Assembly (NCBI GenBank): GCA_002633005.1
Contig: NMRA01000452.1
Location: 1 to 64,000 of the forward strand
DNA from: Phoronis australis
Lineage: Eukaryota; Animalia; Phoronida
Reading direction: 5' to 3'
Length of the DNA stretch: 64,000 bases
Shown: in pieces, positions 26,401-38,400 of the stretch
Layout: each line of letters begins with the position of its first letter
Numbering within the stretch: the first letter of the stretch is position 1
Made by a program: the position numbers and the translations under genes
Notes under the pieces: model-generated
Told to the model about the DNA's origin: nothing
The model's database searches: none
What the model saw: only the letters and a program-made list of their open reading frames with translations

Positions 26401-29400
26401 ATTTTGGAGGGGTAAATTAGCCAGCGCCATCTATGTTTTTATCTATAAGTCCAATCAATGGTCTTATTGGGGGTGGACATTATTTTCTATGATAGGGTAT
26501 AAGGTATTGCTGATATAAGGTCATTATATTATGCTCTGGCATTATGACATCATCGTGTGTTTAGGACGGCGGTTGGAATGACCAAACCTGCGAACTCTTG
26601 GGTCTGGCCTATGTGTGCAAGGCGAAGAAGGGGGCCATTATGTCAACAACGATGCCACCTATGGACAAAGGCTGTCCTCCGGTAACTTTTTACGCCATTC
26701 AACCTCACCGTCTATTTATTCTATAGGGTTCTCCATTTCCATGGTTCCCAACAATTTCGAAAATCTGGAAAGTGACATCTGGTAATTTAAAATGTTGATT
26801 GCATAGTTTCCATGCATGGAAGACTAATGAAAAGTAGGTTGAAATAAATGGGAATTTTTATTCTTAGAATTGACTTATTTTAACCTGATATGCTGTATGA
26901 ATATGGGGGTTAACTGTTTCATAGTTAAAGCTATTAATTTGTTGACGGTAAAACTTGTTTTGGAAGTTTATAACATTTGGGACACAGAAATTCAAGCCAA
27001 ATTGACTTCTTGATTCTGAATTTTGGCATTAACAAAGTCTGACATTAAGTCATAAACAATAGCTGCCAATGCAAAATTCTACTTTCTCATAATTCATGAA
27101 TTTCGATGGCCAATATTGCAAGCTTTTAATCTTTGGTACAAACTTCAACCTTGAGCAAAATACTTAATTTTTCTTTGTCCCAAACTGGAGAATATTTACC
27201 ATTATAATTTCTGTAACTCCAATCAGAGTAATTGTTATATTACTTTCAGGGCACAATGGGATATATGTGGTCTTGCTTTCGATTTAGTGATGACAAAAAG
27301 TCTTGGAAGGATGCCGAGGCAGACTGTGCCAGTCGCCGTGGAAACTTGGCCACAATTCAGGATAGGTGGGTGACATGACATACTGCTGAGTCTAGTTTCA
27401 TTTGGGAGTCATTATTTGTATTTTTTTCTTCCGTGCGCCTGACTGAATGTGAAAAATAGAATATCTGGTGCTGTTGTGGACGTGCGTTACCAGCATATCT
27501 GATAAATGAAAGACTTGTTCAGCTAAAGCACTCGCTTGTTGTGCCACAGTATGAGGTGGGTGCGTGGTTTGTTCACACTGTCAGGTGGGTGCGTGGTTTG
27601 TTCACACTGTCAGGTGGGTGTGTGGTTTGTTCACACTGTCAGGTGGGTGTGTGGTTTGTTCACACTGTCAAGTGGGTGTGTGGTTTGTTCACACAGTCAG
27701 GTGGGTGCGTGGTTTGTTCACACTGTGAGGTGGGTGCGTGGTTTGTTCACACTGTCAGGTGGGTGCATTGGGCTGTTCACGCAGTCAGGTGGGTGTGGTT
27801 TGTCCACACAGTCACTCTCAGCATGCAGATAAAGAAGAATTTGTAGCAAGTCTTCAAACTTAGTTCAAACGTTTGAGGTTTGAAGAGAGTTGAAGAGCAT
27901 TGTGTTGTTTCTAGAAGGTCATCTTGTGGCAGTGAGGCTTAACTGGCGTTAAATATTCCTGGAACATGTGTTTTTGTCCGATGTCTGCACTTCGTTTGGA
28001 AAGAGTTCTTAAAATGAGAATTGTGCATCAGAGGGGAAAATTCATTTTCTGCTCTGAAGACAATTTGCTTTACTGTCAATCAAGGGACCATGCAATCCCT
28101 TGTTCACCATTGTATCAGGAGTTACTCATTCTGTCATGAAAGTTCCCTGTTGTCACACCACAATCCTCCATTGTGTCATTATGGGCCCTCATAACTATTA
28201 TTAAAATCTCTTGGTCTATTTACACCTACCTCTTGTCTATTTACACTCAGTCTGTCACAATTTTTCGGTCGGTCTATTCTCCGACCATCGTCGGGTGTTC
28301 CTGTGTTCTTAGAAGAACGAGCACGGATCTGTAGTACACTCATGGTGTGATTTTTTGTCCGAGGCAGGATTTGACGCCACGACTTCTGAAACTGCACTCA
28401 GGTAATTCGAGTCCAGCACCTTAACCACTACAGCACGGAGTGACAGAGTGTAAGTAGATAAGAGGTCGGTGTAAATAGACCAAGAGATTTTAATAATAGT
28501 TATAACACACCACCACCTCAGAGGGGTTTTAGAAAGTCATTATAGGCCCTCATTGTGCCACGTAAGTCAATCCCCATTGTGTCGTTATAGTTCCTCATTG
28601 TAACCCGACAGTGTCCCACTGTGTCATTGTTTTTCCTGGTGTCCTGATAGTCACCCCATTGTGTCATTATAGTCCCTCCTTTTGTCCTGACAGTCCCTTA
28701 TTGTGTCCTGACAGTCTCCCCAATGTGTCATTATAGTCCCCTGTTGCATCATAATAGTCCCTCATTGTGTCCTGACTGTTTCCCCATTACCCATTGTGTC
28801 ATAGTCCCTCATTGTGTCCTGACTGTTTCCCCATTACCCATTGTGTCATAGTCCCTCATTGTGTCCTGACTGTTTCCCCATTACCCATTGTGTCATAGTC
28901 TCTCATTGTGTCCTGACAGTCCCCCATTGTCATCACTCCCATGTGCAACTGACTGTCCTACTTATTTTCAGGTTCACACAAGCACTGATCAGCAGTCAGG
29001 TGGGTCAGAGAGGAGAGAGCATTTGGCTTGGTCTCCACCAGGTGGCAGGCACGCAGTACATCTGGTCCAGTGGTCATTATATCAAGTACACAATGTGGAG
29101 CTTCCGTCATACTGGTGAGGCTTGTGGGTTGTGGCTCCTTCTTATGTTGTGACTGAGACGCACATCTCTGTTTTAAATGGACCAATAGATTTTACTGTTG
29201 TTTGACACAGTCTGATGTTTTCATGGATGTTCTGACAAAAGTGAAAACGGAATAGTTATTTAATTTTCTAAATCTCATCAAGTTTGAAGAAAACATGAAC
29301 ATTCAATTATGACAATTTGAAATATAATGGTTGGACTGATACGAATAGAAAATTAGCTTTGATTATGTCTGATTCTGTGACTTTTCTGAGAATACGTTTG

Positions 29401-32400
29401 TTGTAAACAAGATCATAAACAAGACATATTCAACAAGTAAGCGATAACTTTGCTTCGACATCAATTGTCGTTAAAATCTTCATCACACAGCTGTATCATA
29501 ACTGTGTCAAGAATGCATCAGGTCACATCAATATTTTTTTTTTAATTTTTGAATGTTTGAATGTGATTAGCTTCTCACCATGAGATTCCTGTTGTCACAG
29601 GTAATGAGAAAGACAAGTGTGTTGCCATGGAGACAGACCGGCTGGCAGGGCTGTGGTCGGACTATGACTGCGGAGAGACAAAACAGTATGTGTGTCAAGA
29701 GCCACGAGAGAATTACACCTGGCCGACGCCTGCCACCACGCCTTCGCTTCCGCCCTATAGATGTCACCCCAGTTGGACAGAGGTTGGCGATAAGTGCTAC
29801 AATGTAAGTTAATTGCAAATTATTTACTTATGAACCTGAGTCTTGAAACTAACAGATGCATTTTGCCCAATTTGTCTGTCTAAAAATGCAAATACAATGA
29901 GGCTATTTCCACTCGTAAACTCTGTCTCATGATATTCCTTACCATGACAGGATTCCATTCTTAACTAGAAGAGAGAAAACATCAGCGACTCAAGAAAACG
30001 CTTCTTAATTTATTTGGGATGGCCAACCGTTATAGCGAATTTGAAAATGGCGCATGTACCCATTGCCCAGTTGTTATTTAAGTTACATTGAGCAACAATT
30101 CAATATGATATGAGCATTGCAATATGCAACATTTTAAACTCTGGTAATCAAATGGGTGTTACTCAAAGTTAATGCTCATTTTAGACCCCTCCATGATTGT
30201 TAAATTAGTTCCAGTTAACAGAAAATTCAGAGTGTATTCTGTTCAATGCCAATATGACATCTGTTGGTGGTCTTTACGCGCCATCTGTTGGTGACCTTTA
30301 TACGCCATTTGTTGGTGACCGTTACATGCCATTTGTTGGTCACAGGGAATGAATAATGCCTTCAAATGTGAAAATATTGTTTCTGATGGTGCAAACTTTC
30401 AGTCTACGCTTATGCTCTAAATTTCAGCTATTGGTTGAGGACGATCTTTTGGTTGTAGAAAGGCAGCCACACAGTGTAGAAGATAGTTTAATTGCATTAA
30501 AGATTCGGCATTCACGATGTCATTTATAGAGGCCAACAGAAGGCGTGTTTATTTATGAAGACTGACCTACTGATTTTGTAATTATTTACTGCAATGCATA
30601 TTTATTTAATTGATTATTTGTCATGAAGCTTGGAGAAATTGACTTGTCTTTTGTTAGTTTTATGCAGTTTCTGTTTCTTTGGTTTTAGGGCTTCACTTAC
30701 TACGCACACAAACTCAACTGGTTTGATGCTCGCGACGCATGTCGTGCACTGGGTGGTGAACTAGCCAGCTTCCACAACAAAAGTCACGAAGATCTGGTCA
30801 TCCAAAAGGAAATTGGGTACTGGAAAATTTTCCTGTTTTGGATAAAAGATCCCTATTGATCTAGTCGATGTGAATTTAGCATATTTTGTACATATTTATT
30901 GTTTCCATTCAATCCAAAATTTGAACGCATAAATTAACATATAAATCCCAATTTTTCAGCATAAAATTTTCTGCTCTGTCTTTAAATGCCCTTTCTAATT
31001 TAAAGGTAAACAGCCTGTCAACAAGCTGACATTATTTCCTTTAACTGAGTAAGAGATACAGCTGTCTTCGCTCAGATGTTAAACTCCTCACTTGAAGCTC
31101 TACACTGTGCTAATCAAGCCAAAATCGCAAACCTTATGAATCATTTGAGCATTGTTCCTCCCCCAAAACCACCATTGATAAATATGGGACTGCAGGGGGC
31201 TTTCATATTTTTTTAATTCACTGTCTTTCAGTAATAAATTAAAGAAATTGCTAGGTTTGTATTTGGTGTTAGTGGTTTAGTTTGCGTTGCGTTCTACTGT
31301 ATGTGTGCTTATCTCTATTCAGGTATTCCTATTGGGACCGTGTCTGGATTGGATTAAGCAAACATGGCTCAGACAGGAAGTGTAAGTGTAGGGGGCGCTG
31401 GTGTCTCTGTAGTATATGCTGATTGTAGAGATCTAAGTAAGACAACATAGGGGGAGCTGTGTGTGTTACACAATGTAGGGTACATTAGTCACTATTAGGC
31501 TGTGTATCAACTGATTGTAGAGATGTTGTAAGACAACATAGGGGGAGCTGTGTGTGTGTGTTACACAGTGTAGGGTACGTTGGTCACTGTGAGGTTGTGT
31601 ATCAACTGATTGTAGAGATGTTAGTAAGACAACAAAGGGGGAGCTGTACTGATCAGATTTAGCAAGGAGAGTAGAGTATTACAAAGTCAAAGGATTTTAC
31701 CCAACGTTGAAAGATTTTGCTTTATTTTTCACAAAAAAAATCCAGAATTAAGAGAGACATTGGAGTGTTCACATTGTTTTCGTGTCTCTAATTTTCCCCG
31801 TTGGAGACGTACTCGATCACTATGATGTGTCACAGTTCAAAAATGGAATAAACAATTTCATTTATGACATGCGATTAACGTCATTTGTATCATGGAATAC
31901 CTCCACTTTATTATTAAATCGCTGCTCACACAAAGTAAAGGTTTTTTGCCACCCAGAGAAAATTGTCAGCGAGAACCTGGCAATGCTTGGTGTGACGGTT
32001 GATTGACAGTTAACTGATTCTGAGTAAACACCAAATTGTTGCAGGCACATTGACTCGTAGTGAGCTCATACCTTCCTTCTGGATCACTTGACCATTGAAT
32101 GCTACTAGGACTTGTTGGTCTGTCTCCAGTCTAGAGTAGAAGTTTGGCTCAGATGACTAGAAATGAATGTTGACCCAGCGTGGTGATTCATCTTGATGCA
32201 GATCTTAGTTTATGTAAGATTTATGTTGAATATGAAATAATGAATATCGTAAACTAATAGAAATGACCACCGTATGGTCTAGAGACTGCGTATCTTTGTT
32301 TTAAAAATAATGTATCCTCGGTCTGTGGGTTGTCGTGAACACACGATGGATTCCTTCGCCTCATTCCTGTTCTAGCCTACACATGGACGGATGGATCACC

Positions 32401-35400
32401 GTTTGACTATGCCAACTGGGACACGGACCAACCAGACGACCACAACGGGATGGAAGAGTGTGTGGAGTTTAACGAAAAGGCCCGCAGGTGGCGTGATAAG
32501 AACTGTTACGTGGCCATGAACTATGTGTGTCAGATCGACCTCGGGAAAGCGCCGCTTAGTACTCCAAAGCCAGCTACAACTCCTAGTTAGTATCATCCAT
32601 ACACGTTAGTAATAAGATATTGCAGATTTTGCTAAATGATAACCTTCAGTGGGTAAGCTTATCAATTGAAATTTGGATATTTCAGTACAGATAACAACAT
32701 TTTGTTATGGGAGGAGACTGGTTTCTCAGTGTTGTCATTGTGACGAAGACTAAGCTTTGTTGAAGAGGAGTCGCATCAAAAATGAATAGAATTTTTGTTC
32801 TAGTGACCACAATGGTTCATAATCAGTCTACATCTGTAGTAAGAGCCATGAAGATGTCCATGTTTGCATTAAGTTCTTGTTGATTGGTCGTTTTGTTTGT
32901 GAGCTTCTTTGTGTATGAATGGGAGCCTTGGTGGTCACGTAATTTAACTAATTTACAACTTTCATGGCCTATAGTTTTGTCTTCCACCTCGCGCAATTAA
33001 GCTGTGCATCAATCATACATACATGTAAACCTGAGACTGAATTTAATGTGCACACTAAATTGCATTTGCAGGTCCCAACTGTCGTGATGAGAACAAATAT
33101 TGCGGTGACTGGGCAAGGAAGGGAGAGTGTGAGAAGAACCCTGGCTACATGCTGCTCAAGTGTAAAAAGTCTTGTGGCAAGTGTGGTGGAGGTAGTGATT
33201 GGGTTTCTTTTATGTATAAACTAAACCCGGGGGGTACGGAACTACTTTTGACAGCGGATGTAGCTGGAAAGTTTTGATATCTCTCCCCCCCCCCCGTCAC
33301 CCCCTCCACCCCAATTTAGAGAGAGGGAGCAGTTATCTTGTACAAATTTTTGCACTTCTTTAGTAAACTTGGTTGCAAAAAAGGCAGACACTCAACATTC
33401 AGGTTTTTGACAATACTGTGAATGCATCGCTCGAAAAGTTTGGATTTGGAGGTCAGTGCGGCAAATTCATTTAGAGATGAAGCGCGAATGCTAATTTTCA
33501 TCAAAATGTGCCATCTACTTTTAAGTCATCACAAGTAGAATATGTTAGTTTCACTGAGGTTTTGCAGAATTTTGTAATCGAGTTGTTTTTTTTTTTTGAT
33601 CTCCATTGAATTTCGTAAACCGTTCTTTTAGTAAAGTAGTCTGGGTGGTCGGGTGGTTTCGTTCATGAGTCAATGCTCAGTGATGTTCGTTTACCCAGCA
33701 TTGTGAATCGCTTTCAGCTCCATCATGTAATAATGAGATAGGTTGGTACAACCATACCTACTTCTGTTACTATGTGTCTCCTAACTACGGCACTAACTCT
33801 CGACTCACATGGACCCAGGCCAGACAGTGGTGTATGGACAATGGTGGTGACTTGGCTAGTATACACTCGGCTGAACAGAACAACTTCCTCACTTCTCTGG
33901 TACGTGGTCCTCCTGGTGCAAATAGAGTGGTAGAGTGCTGGGGAAATAAAAATCTTGTAGCTTCGGCACAGTTCACCTGAAAACTAAATGAGCTTTTTGC
34001 TCTGAATTCATGCAGTTTTTTTCATTAGGACATTAACGTCACCTTTTAAAAATTTAAAAGTGGAGTATACTATGCGTTTGATGTTTTTGAATTAATGTAA
34101 TGTATATCATTAAGACTTCTACCTTTGTCAAAGTTATTGTGTCAGAAAACAGCAAGTGGAGGATAATCTGCTTTGTTCTGAAATTATGCAGATTTGCAAG
34201 GAGGTGATTTTGTCAATTTTTATCTGTAGCAGCGTTTCTGATAGGTTGATGACATCCCCAAAGTTAACCTGTTTTCCAACAGGGGTCACAGCTATTAGTT
34301 CCAATCTTCACCCCTTTTCTGTTAACTGCTGTCAAGTATCCATTAAAGCTTTGTTATCTGTCATTATCAAGTCATATTATTGCTTTCCCTCTTAGTGTTT
34401 AGATGTCCAGAAAACCAAAATCAAAAAATAATTAAGCCACCAACCCCTTCAAAATCAGGCTCAGAATGTCCTTACAGAAGGTTGCATTAGCTGATGGCTA
34501 AAATTGATGTTAATGTGATTTGAACAATATAGTTGATGTATCCCTTTTTTATCATTTTTAGTTGGTTTTGAGTTGTTTGGATTCGAAACCAGAGAAGATT
34601 TTTTGCATTTTTGGAGTTTCGAATTTTTTCAAGTAACACGATTGTCTATTTTTGATTGTCAAAATAAACTTTGACAGAATGGATGGTCTTTCAAACGTGA
34701 CTTTTCTTTGCAGAGTGTCTCTGCGATTACTGTTAGGGAATGCAAGGTCACGACTGCTTTCGGGAATATTTTCCACCCGTATCACAGCTTATGATTTGTT
34801 TCTGTGCATCGTATATAAAAAGTTTGGTTTAATTAACGAGTTTAAGTCCAGTCTGATAGGTTTTATTAGCATATTTCTTGATTTTGCGCCAACTTTTATC
34901 AGTAAATAGAAAGTGAATTGTGCAAATGTTTGCAGCTTTATTTTAATAAATTAAAATTTGTTCCCAGCTTGGAAAGACGCTGACCCAGCTGACCCAGTGG
35001 ATTGGTCTTAGTGAACTTAGCTACGATGGCTACCGCTGGTCAGATGGCTCACCACTCAACTACAGGAACTGGGCTCCACATGAACCCAACAAAGAGTTTG
35101 GGGGCCAGAAGTGTGGCGCCCTCTACACTTATAATGGTGAGTTGACAAAATTTACCAAAGATTCTGTTTTCTCTCATAATATTAGTTGCCGCTGCAGTGT
35201 CGATTTCTTTTTTAATTTCAAATTGGCACTCTGATTTCATTGACTAATTGTGGTCATTGTGTGCCTTGGAGTAAAAAGTTCGTCTAAAACTATTTTGCCT
35301 CCAAAGTTATCACTTGACTTGTGCGAGTGGTTATTTCAGATAAATATGCTTTAACTTGAGTTGTCACCTGATTATGTTCATTTTTATTTAAGCCATGCTC

Positions 35401-38400
35401 AGCTCACGCTCTTCATATTGTATTTGCTGCAGTAAAATTTCCTCAAATTTGAACAGAAAAGTGTCACTGGATTGTTAAAATGATTTTAAAAATTTCATCA
35501 TTTTTGTTTCTAACAGCAGTACTACGTAAACTGTGCAAATAATGAAGTAAAGTGTCTGTCTTATTTTTTCTCGTGTCTCTTGTGGCAACTTGCCATGGTC
35601 ATTCAGTCAGTGTTCTTTCACAGGCGGCTGGAAGGATGAAAACTGCGGTGAAAAGATGGGCTTTATGTGCAAGAGATACGCTGGCACCCCCAGGACGCGC
35701 ACGATGCCAGCCACTACGCCAATGCCAGGCTTCTGTCCTCAAGGATTTAAAGCTGCAGGTAATGAACCTTGTCTGGCAGGATGATAGGATGTCTTGCAGT
35801 ATTTATGTTGTGTTTTATGTTGTGGATGCAACACTGTTGAAATGACAGCTTAAAGGTCGTCAGTATTGCTCAGTGCCTGCGAGCACCAATTCTGATCTTC
35901 TAAATTTCCCATACACCTATCCGATGTCAAGAACACTCTACCAACTTTTGAATTAAACAGCTCATTGTTGTCAACCTATGCGCTAAGATTTCTGAACTCT
36001 GTATGTTCATCCTACTAGTTAGTTTTCATTTTATACGCTTCGTGGTTGCTAGGTAAATTAGGAGTGGATTAGTGCTGTTCTCAAACAGGAGATAGAACTA
36101 GGATTTGGTGTTAAGTGGCTGACCATTGATTTGTCCTCAGTAACAGTTGGTTTGCAACTGAAGGAGATTTTCAAATTTATTGAAAGTGATGTTTTTGAGA
36201 AACAATAACCTGACAAAGTTGCCCAGTGCTGTTAAAGTTGATTGCAGTGTTAATGATTAGCAAGAATTTTATTATTTTACAATTTTCATTCGTACACGAA
36301 TGAATTGTCTGTGTTATTTTTGAACGTCACTGTAGTGTTGGCTGTGCATTATCTTCTTAAATGCCAGGTAACAAGTGCTACAAAGTGTTTGGTAAGGACC
36401 CTGACAGGAGGCGCAACTTCACTGATGCCATCAAGAGCTGCCGTTCAATGGGTGTACGTTATGACCTCGCTTCCATCACCAGCCATCAAGAGCAAGGTGA
36501 ATAATAATTAAATGTAATTTTACTTTATGTCTCTTGGTCAACTATTGTACCATTGCCCTTTGGTATATCGAACACTGCTTAATTGGAAATATGGGAGAAA
36601 TGATATCAAGGTCATCAATATTGAAAATTGTCATGTGTTCAACGAAAGACGAGATATGTACTAATTAGACTGAATTAGTGTCAATCTGAATACACTGTGA
36701 ATTGCAAAAGGACTTATGACTGACATACAGTAACAGATTAGTTGAAAGTGGGTAGTGCCTTCTGCAGAGTAGTTAAAAACTGCTTTCACTTTCAATTGAA
36801 GCCTGTACTAAGTGAAAATATTGCAAGTTGTCACTCCACTGATACTTGTGCTTTGTAAACCAGTCCTACATTTCGCCGTGTTTAGCTGGCTCAAAATTAA
36901 ATCGAAATTTTGCCTTTTACTTTCGTATGAATATTGTTCACTGCTGATATTATTCTATTTCCGTTGCCAACAAAAACATCAAAGCCATTAGAGAGGAAGT
37001 TTATTATGTTTGGCCAACCCTAAAATTGTGACTCAAGTTCTCAGCTCAGTTTACCACAATTCAGTATCTATTGAGCATGGTAATGTTTTAAATAAAACAC
37101 AAAGTTCTTTAATTTAGAATTCAACATTGACAGTTAAGCAGTGAAAAGGAGAATCTGGCGAATCTTAAAGATAGTCTGCAACTGATGCTATTTTGTTTGT
37201 TTTCTTTCAGCCACTGTAACTACTATTTTATTTGCCTACGACTTTGAGCCATACATTGGATTTAACGACATGAAGCAGCACAACCAGTTTCGCTGGGTGG
37301 ACAACTCTGATGTCAGCGAGACCTTCTGGGGACATGGGGAGCCCAATGGAGCCTATAAGAGTGGCATTGTAAGTCAATTAGACATTCTAGTGACACAGGT
37401 AACCCAATGGGGCCAGCAGGGCTGACATTGTAAGTGGTTTACACATTCTGGGGACAAATAGAGCCTACGAGATTGGTGCTGTGATTTAGATATTCTGTGG
37501 ACACATGGAGCTTACAAGATTGGTGCTGTGATTTAGGTATTATGGGGACATGAGGAACCCATTGGAGCTTGTAGGAGTGTTGTCTGTGAGTGAGACATGC
37601 TGGGGACACAAGCATATCAGCCTGGTTTTGTTTTTGTTAACATTTACTAACTTTCTTCATGTCTTCTCCAATGTATACTTACTTGTCACAATGTTCTTCA
37701 TGTAGACAGACGTGCTCATGTAGTCGGACATGTTCATGTAGTTGGACGTGCTCATGTAGTCGGACATGCTGTAGTCGGACGTGCTCATGCAGTCGGACTT
37801 GCTCATGCAGTCAGACGTGCTCATGCAGTCGGACGTGCTCATGCAGTCGGACGTGCTCATGCAGTCGGACGTGCTCATTAAGCGAACGTGTATTCATGCT
37901 CTTACAGGATTGCACCGTTCTACAGACAAAGAAGTACAGAGTGGGCAGTTGGGCAGACGTAGAGTGTACTGAGAAGAGAGCATACGTCTGCCAGACTTTT
38001 AAAAGTATGTCAAAATTGTCTAGTTTTGAGTATTATAATTTTATTCTTGTCAGAAAGAGGTTGACAGATTCAAATGAACTAAACCGAAAAAAGAACCTTC
38101 TAATAAGTCAAACTGAGGCAAGTCTGCTCTGTTTGGAGAGAAAGAGGGCGCTACATGTACTTGACTGTAGGTTTGTATATGCATGACCATGTTGACAAAT
38201 CTGTGCAAATCCAAACAAACATCTATATCGGTAAAGGTATACGTTATTTTCTGAAAGTAGAGGGCTATAGAATGCGATTTTTTTTGCTTTCCTCTGATCT
38301 GTCATTAACTGGGTCATATGGCCATGTCTTTTCATAAAATTTGATGTGATATTGATTCTCTTTAGATGAGATTTGATGAGGTTTGATGAGATTTGATGTG

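Noticed and set aside
27536-27846. Repetitive ORFs with CxxC/H motifs resembling zinc fingers or heme sites
   Set aside because: Products of a 29-bp minisatellite (not a multiple of 3) cycling through frames.
37657-37900. Metallothionein-like Cys-rich ORF (SRTCSC)n and antisense (MSTSDC)n
   Set aside because: These are translations of an intronic 18-bp minisatellite; the real exon starts at 37908 after cttacag and matches its 97-nt paralogue.
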